From: a virus
Lineage: Duplodnaviria; Caudoviricetes
Length of the DNA: 51,803 nt
Reading direction: 5' to 3' (one strand)
IMG/VR virus record: IMGVR_UViG_3300033485_000347
Location: 1 to 51,803 of that record
Shown here: one piece after another, positions 47,024 through 51,803 of the stretch
Layout of the letters: each line of letters starts with the position of its first letter
How positions within the stretch are numbered: position 1 is the first letter of the stretch
The notes under the pieces: generated by a model
What the model was told of the DNA's origin: nothing
What the model saw: the letters and a program-made list of their open reading frames with translations, nothing else
Databases searched by the model: none
Made by a program: the position numbers and the translations under genes

Positions 47024-48082
47024 CTACCTCACGCTCAAGATCGGTGTGCCAATAGGAGCGCTTTCTCCCGCGTTAATCGTGATCTCTTCCCCGGATGAGA
47101 CCTCCCCGGTGGAGTCCACCACATATAGCCACGCAGAGCCGGAAGAGGCAAGCCCTCCGAGATTCACCGTGGCCGTGATGCTACTGGTGCTCCACGCCGA
47201 GGGAATTTGCGGTTCGCGGATGGTGCAGTCGTCATACGTGTTCGCGTTTCCAAGCATGACCCGCGACAGCGTATTATCGAGATACACGTCATCGAAATAC
47301 GCATAGGCACTCGCCGAGGGGCCCTCGTAATTGGAATAATAGTTCTGGAAGCAAAACCACGAGTTCGGATGCGGCCCGTTTGCGCTCCATCCGAGAAATC
47401 CGCTGCTATTGACAATGAGGTTGCAGTTTTCCCAATACTGCGCCGAGGCGTCGTATTCCCCATACGTCCCGCAATCAATGATGAACTCTTCGGTAAACCA
47501 TTGTTGATAGGGCGGTTCCCGCCTCCCGTAATACTGGACCTCGTAGTATTCCGGCATGTAGTAATTCAGAATGCCTTCCGGAATGCCGTTGGGGTCGTTC
47601 CCCATGTTGATGTAACTGAGCAGAATCACGTCAGGGGCAGACTCGCCAGTATTCGGCCCCATGCGGTTGACCTTATACTGCCCGAGGTCTCCGCCATACG
47701 TGCCGCGCAGCATGTTGTTCTCCGAGTAGTACCGCCGGCAGAACCCGAAGATCTGCGGGTTCGCGCCACCGGGGGCGACCCGGACCTCCACGTTTCTGCT
47801 GACTTCCCCCCAGTTGGTGGTGCCCACTGGTGAACTGGCCGAGGTCAACGGCGTGCCCCCGATACAATAGACAGACCGGCTTCTGGGGTTCACCGTGAAG
47901 AGGTTGGCATTGTCGTATAGAAGGGTTCCGGAACTCAGGGGCGACTCCTCAAGCACACCCTCCTCAAAGTCCGCCCACACCAGCGGAGCGGCTGGTGACT
48001 TCGTCAAGAATCCGCTTCCGCTGATGATCACAGACGATCCGTGGGACCACGTGCCGTTGATCGAAGAAATCGAGGGAGCCAT
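47024..48082 (-). CDS. Putative virion carbohydrate-binding protein
   Basis: APSISSING...IISGSGF IPT-like start, lectin-like body (YFDDVYLD), C-terminal [11 protein letters not shown]. Confidence 0.6.
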   Translation of the reverse strand: MAPSISSINGTWSHGSSVIISGSGFLTKSPAAPLVWADFEEGVLEESPLSSGTLLYDNANLFTVNPRSRSVYCIGGTPLTSASSPVGTTNWGEVSRNVEVRVAPGGANPQIFGFCRRYYSENNMLRGTYGGDLGQYKVNRMGPNTGESAPDVILLSYINMGNDPNGIPEGILNYYMPEYYEVQYYGRREPPYQQWFTEEFIIDCGTYGEYDASAQYWENCNLIVNSSGFLGWSANGPHPNSWFCFQNYYSNYEGPSASAYAYFDDVYLDNTLSRVMLGNANTYDDCTIREPQIPSAWSTSSITATVNLGGLASSGSAWLYVVDSTGEVSSGEEITINAGESAPIGTPILSVR

Positions 48083-48085
48083 CGC

Positions 48086-49045
48086 TTATCCTTTCGGCAA
48101 GGCGTCGAGGTCCGCGTCCGTCCACCCGTCCACGGGCCAGAACTTCTGCACCAGCCACGACAGCGGACGCGCCTGCAATTTCCACTCGCCGTTGCGCCAG
48201 AACTTCCGGCTGTAGATCCGCGCTCGCTCTTGATCATTACCCGAGATGGGATACGGGAATCCCGCCTTGTTCACGCGGAAGTAATGGCTGAACCAAGTCG
48301 TCTTGTTCACCACCTGTCGCCCCCCCGAGAGCCAGGACTTACAAGACACCTCCGTCCCGAACTGCCCCCAGGATCCGTGGCCCTCGTCCAGGCAGCCCAG
48401 CTTGCGGAAGCGGTCCCTCCGCATAAAGAAGCAGGCCCCCACGGAACTCATCACGTCTGCAATGTCCGTCTGCGTCTCAGGGCGCTTCTCGTACCGGGGC
48501 CAGTATTGGAAGTGGAGTTCGCTATCGAACCTGGCAAAGTCCGTGCGCCGGGACTTGCGGGGACTCCACACCACCGACTTGTCGAACTCCGTCCCTTTAC
48601 ACTTCGGGCACTCCGTCGGCTTCCCGCCCTGATACGTCTTGAAGCGGTGGCACGTCTGACATTCCCAGTCGTACACGTAGAGGTTATACATACGCGGAAT
48701 AGACGTGACATCCACGCCCAGCGTGCCGTTCTCGTAGGGGGCCGCCATCTTCACGTCGAAGTCCTTGTCGATGGCACTGTGGGCGTCCAGTTTGCAAATG
48801 TACTTTGCCCGGCTCACGCGATACCCCAGGTTGACCGCCTTGCGCTGTCCTGCCGGGGTGTTGAAATGCAGGACCGTGAGGCGCGGGTCATCCTTGAGCG
48901 GGGGGTCCGGCCAACTCGCATCACAGACCGCAATGACCTCGCTGTCCTTGGACAGGTTCGTGAGTAAATCTTCCACGGTGCGGCCAAACCACTCCTCGTT
49001 CCGACCGGGCACAATCGCGCTCATCAGCGGAGTCCGCTCAGCCAT
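48086..49045 (-). CDS. Glycosyltransferase, GT27 (polypeptide GalNAc-transferase)-like GT-A
   Basis: RNEEW..RTV, EVIAVCD, LDAH (DxH), GACFFMRRDRF..LG.LDEG..SWG...E.S.K.WLSGG, SHYFR..FPY. Confidence 0.8.
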   Translation of the reverse strand: MAERTPLMSAIVPGRNEEWFGRTVEDLLTNLSKDSEVIAVCDASWPDPPLKDDPRLTVLHFNTPAGQRKAVNLGYRVSRAKYICKLDAHSAIDKDFDVKMAAPYENGTLGVDVTSIPRMYNLYVYDWECQTCHRFKTYQGGKPTECPKCKGTEFDKSVVWSPRKSRRTDFARFDSELHFQYWPRYEKRPETQTDIADVMSSVGACFFMRRDRFRKLGCLDEGHGSWGQFGTEVSCKSWLSGGRQVVNKTTWFSHYFRVNKAGFPYPISGNDQERARIYSRKFWRNGEWKLQARPLSWLVQKFWPVDGWTDADLDALPKG

Positions 49046-49067
49046 GAGAGTATCCAAGAATTAGTTG

Positions 49068-49096
49068 TTGCATGTCTCGTAGGCTTCTCGTAAAAT
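49068..49096 (+). promoter_or_regulatory. Sigma70 promoter of the HNH gene
   Basis: TTGCAT-17 bp-TAAAAT. Confidence 0.65.
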
Positions 49097-49168
49097 AATC
49101 GAGCCGAGACAGCGTTGGAGCGCCATCCCGGCTCTTGCCACAATGGAACCTTGATAGGAGGTTCGATC

Positions 49169-49696
49169 ATGGCTGACCAAGAGTACCTCGTAATTCATTC
49201 CCTGACCAGAACTGAAATAGACAGAATTTTTAACAAAATAGAAGTCGATCCAGTAACTGAGTGCTGGAATTGGACTGCTAATAAAACTCCGTCTGGGTAC
49301 GGAATTATATGGTTTCATGGAAAAAACGAGTCCCCGCATAGGCTTTTGTATGCTTGGAGGATTGGTCCTCTTCCAAGAGGAAATGGCAGAGACATCCCAC
49401 AGATAGATCATATTGTTTGCAGCAATCCTAGTTGCTGTAATCCAGGGCATCTCATCCTTACGTCTCTTATAGAGAATGTTCTTAGGAGTGATGCCATTCC
49501 AGCCGTAAATGCGAGAAAAACACATTGTAAGCGCGGTCACAAACTTCCTCCGTACGTTCCTGGTAATTTCAGAAGATGTGAAGAATGCGATGCCATTATT
49601 GATAGAACTAAATATCGCAGGACGTACTACCTCCGACATCAAGAGGAGGTTAAAGAGAAATCCAGAGCGTATCGACTCAAGCATCGTAAGCATTAG
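49169..49696 (+). CDS. HNH homing endonuclease (free-standing, antisense)
   Basis: ECWNWT...GYG...HRLLY...IDHIVCSNPSCCNPGHL...EN...KTHCKRGH; AT-rich; RBS AGGAGG. Confidence 0.9.
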   Translation: MADQEYLVIHSLTRTEIDRIFNKIEVDPVTECWNWTANKTPSGYGIIWFHGKNESPHRLLYAWRIGPLPRGNGRDIPQIDHIVCSNPSCCNPGHLILTSLIENVLRSDAIPAVNARKTHCKRGHKLPPYVPGNFRRCEECDAIIDRTKYRRTYYLRHQEEVKEKSRAYRLKHRKH

Positions 49697-50463
49697 GTTT
49701 TGCTGTATCCTACTCCAGCGCCTTTTTTAGAAAAGATGCTGGCATTAAGATCGCTCTTCCTGCTGAGATTGTGGAAAAGTCCGAATGGATTATGATCACA
49801 ATCTCCGCACCACTGTCCACCTGGGAACATGTAGATCGTGGGCCGCGTGTCCATGTCGCAGTCTTTTGCCGTCCCATTCTTCACCGCCTGCATCCACGCC
49901 TTCTTGAACCAGCGGTCCTCCCCCTGCGGGTACGGCTTGCCGACGCAGTCCTCCCGATAGCCCCCGATCTGCCAGTAGACCTCCCGCCGCATGGTGAAGT
50001 TGTTGGGGTGCGGGGGCATCTTCACGCCCCGAGTCGGCACCCGCTCCGGGAGCAGGCCGTACTGTAAGAGCGTGGGAATGTCCTGCGTGAAATTGCCGTG
50101 TTCATCCAGCACGCCGAACTCCCGGTGGAAGGCAAGACGATCCCCAGTGAATGTCAATGACCGGGCGATGGCCTCCTGCGAGATGATGTAGTCCAAGTCC
50201 GTCATCAGGAAGTAATCACCCTTGGCGGCCTTCGCCCCGGCATTGCGGGCGAGTGCCCACGTCCACGGGCGGAAGTCGTTGGTCACGAGGATGCGGAAAT
50301 TGCGGGGCGGGTCCGGCACCGTGATCGGGGGATCGCTCCCGTCGTCCACGTAGATGATCTCCACGGAGTTAGGGAGGTCCAGTCGCTTGAACCAGAGCAT
50401 TTGCCGCCGGACGATCTCGTGGCTGTTCAGGACGGGGACGATAATCGACAGTCTTATTGCCAT
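49693..50463 (-). CDS. GT2-family glycosyltransferase (GT7-like C-terminal motif)
   Basis: LSIIVPVLN, IIYVDDGSD, ARNAGAKAAKGDY...DLD, IGGYRED...GED. Confidence 0.88.
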   Translation of the reverse strand: MAIRLSIIVPVLNSHEIVRRQMLWFKRLDLPNSVEIIYVDDGSDPPITVPDPPRNFRILVTNDFRPWTWALARNAGAKAAKGDYFLMTDLDYIISQEAIARSLTFTGDRLAFHREFGVLDEHGNFTQDIPTLLQYGLLPERVPTRGVKMPPHPNNFTMRREVYWQIGGYREDCVGKPYPQGEDRWFKKAWMQAVKNGTAKDCDMDTRPTIYMFPGGQWCGDCDHNPFGLFHNLSRKSDLNASIFSKKGAGVGYSKT

Positions 50464-51155
50464 GCGCCAGTCCTCGCGGTCCAGGGGTGTCGTCCTGCCG
50501 TCGCTTCAATAATCTTCCACTTCGCCAAGGAACGGGCTGCGCGTTCCCCTTCTGGAGTGCGGTGTGGCCTGGGATGATCGTAGTGCCATCCAACGATGTC
50601 ATCACAAAAGACGAAGGAACATCCCCGATGCTCCAGGCAAGATGAGAGCCACCGGTCCTCCCCACCATCTGGGTATTTGAACTCTTCGTCGTTCCCGCCG
50701 ACCGCATATAGGTCTTCTTTCCAAAGCGCCCCAAGGAAGAAATACGAGCGATGTATTCTGGTGCGTGGCCAGTAGTCGCTCTGCACCCTGTTACCGCCTT
50801 CGTCTACATTTTCCACTTTCGCAAACACACAGGAGGACGGCGTCAACCGACTAGCGAGTTTCGCAATCGTTCCGGGCGTCCGGTGTTCGACTTCGTCAGA
50901 TTGCGCGATAATGATGTCGCCCTGCGCTTCCCGGTAGCCAAGGTTCCGCGCCGGTCCTGGGTTCCGGAGTCCGCTACGGTGGAGATAGAAATAGCGGATG
51001 GGGAACTCCTGCGCGAGTGTCACGGTCGCATCGTCCGACCCGTCGCTCACGACGATCACTTCACACTCTGGTGGAAGATGCTGCGCGTAGATGCTCCGCA
51101 GCGTCCGCTTCAGCGCGGCATACTTGTTATAGGTGGCAATCACCACGGAGATCAT
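50454..51155 (-). CDS. GT2-family glycosyltransferase (GT7-like C-terminal motif)
   Basis: ISVVIATYN, VIVVSDGSDD, ARNLG, VGGNDEEF...GGED...HYDH; ATG at 51155 overlaps the epimerase stop. Confidence 0.88.
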   Translation of the reverse strand: MISVVIATYNKYAALKRTLRSIYAQHLPPECEVIVVSDGSDDATVTLAQEFPIRYFYLHRSGLRNPGPARNLGYREAQGDIIIAQSDEVEHRTPGTIAKLASRLTPSSCVFAKVENVDEGGNRVQSDYWPRTRIHRSYFFLGALWKEDLYAVGGNDEEFKYPDGGEDRWLSSCLEHRGCSFVFCDDIVGWHYDHPRPHRTPEGERAARSLAKWKIIEATAGRHPWTARTGAWQ

Positions 51156-51803
51156 GCGAGTCGGTATTCCTTCCGCATCCAATCCGCCGTGAGCTTCAAC
51201 CCGTCTCGGAGCCCATGCCGCGCCATGAAGCCTAAGTCGTGGATCGCCTTGGCCGTGTCCACTTCCTTGACCTTCGTGGTCATCCGCTCCGTGTCCTGGT
51301 ACGACACGAGGGACATCGACGCCCCAGTTACTTCGAGCACCGCGTCGGACAGTTCCTCGATGGAGTGCGAGGTTCCTCCCCCGATGTTGTAGGTCTGCCC
51401 TCGGTGAAAATGTTCACAGATGTTCGCCAGGGCATCCACCGCGTCATCCAGATAGGTCGAGGTCCGCCGATGGCCCCGGTAGACGACCCACGGAAGGCCA
51501 TGCAGGGCGCAGTACAGGAACCGGCAGTTGACCGAGCGATAGGGCGTATAGCGCTCCCCCGGGCCATACGTGTTGAACAGGCGCACGATCACGGACTGCG
51601 TGTTATGGAGATCCTCGGAGTTCCGGATCTGCATCTCGTTGACCCACTTGGTCATGGCGTAGTCGTTCAACTGTTTGACCTCGTGGTCATCCATCACCGA
51701 CTCGACCATGAGTGAGGGCCAATCCCCGTAGACCTCCGAGGACGAGAAGTGGACGAGTCGGAATCCCAGCGCCTCCTGCAAGCGAATTAGGTGCTTGGTT
51801 CCG
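51152..51803 (-). CDS. NAD-dependent NDP-sugar epimerase/dehydratase, C-terminal part
   Basis: SSSEVYG, catalytic YAMTK (YxxxK), RLFNTYGP, TYNIGG; in frame with 1-444 across the overlap. Confidence 0.92.
   Translation of the reverse strand, partial: GTKHLIRLQEALGFRLVHFSSSEVYGDWPSLMVESVMDDHEVKQLNDYAMTKWVNEMQIRNSEDLHNTQSVIVRLFNTYGPGERYTPYRSVNCRFLYCALHGLPWVVYRGHRRTSTYLDDAVDALANICEHFHRGQTYNIGGGTSHSIEELSDAVLEVTGASMSLVSYQDTERMTTKVKEVDTAKAIHDLGFMARHGLRDGLKLTADWMRKEYRLA
51662..51803. repeat. Terminal direct repeat, copy 2
   Basis: Matches 1-142 with 2 mismatches. Confidence 0.97.

Noticed and set aside
49046-49750. Group I intron splitting one GT gene
   Set aside because: Each flanking GT has its own complete N-terminal GT-A motif, the HNH is antisense, and little non-coding room remains for a ribozyme core.
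49693-51155. O-antigen seroconversion (gtrABC-like) cassette
   Set aside because: The GTs lack TM segments, there is no flippase or polymerase, no integrase, and no separate promoter was seen.

Overview
The window is an apparently complete, circularly permuted dsDNA phage genome of about 51,661 bp: bases 1-142 recur at 51662-51803 with two synonymous mismatches. It looks podovirus-like, with terminase, portal, scaffold, major capsid protein, adaptor and nozzle-type tail proteins, four putative ejection proteins, tailspike/fibre genes and a GH108 lysis cassette, and no tape-measure gene. The early region has a lambdoid-type replication initiator with internal iterons, an ERF recombinase, an Hjc-type resolvase, a Cro-like regulator and a Gp88-like gene. 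No integrase, DNA polymerase, tRNA or CRISPR array was recognised. The main finding is a glycan-building cluster inside the virion operon, between head and tail genes and spanning the circular junction. It encodes a GT27/ppGalNAc-T-like glycosyltransferase, three further GT-A enzymes, an NDP-sugar epimerase, three SAM-methyltransferase-like proteins and a B12-binding radical SAM enzyme. It lies one gene upstream of a 2175-aa protein that is about one third (TPSA)n mucin-like repeats. Together these suggest a phage-encoded mucin-type O-glycosylation system that builds a glycan coat on the virion. A second candidate system is a C-terminal APIGTPxLxVR strand shared by unrelated virion proteins and echoed in a small FN3-like protein, which may be a donor-strand docking tag. 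All calls come from reading motifs by eye; no database searches were run.
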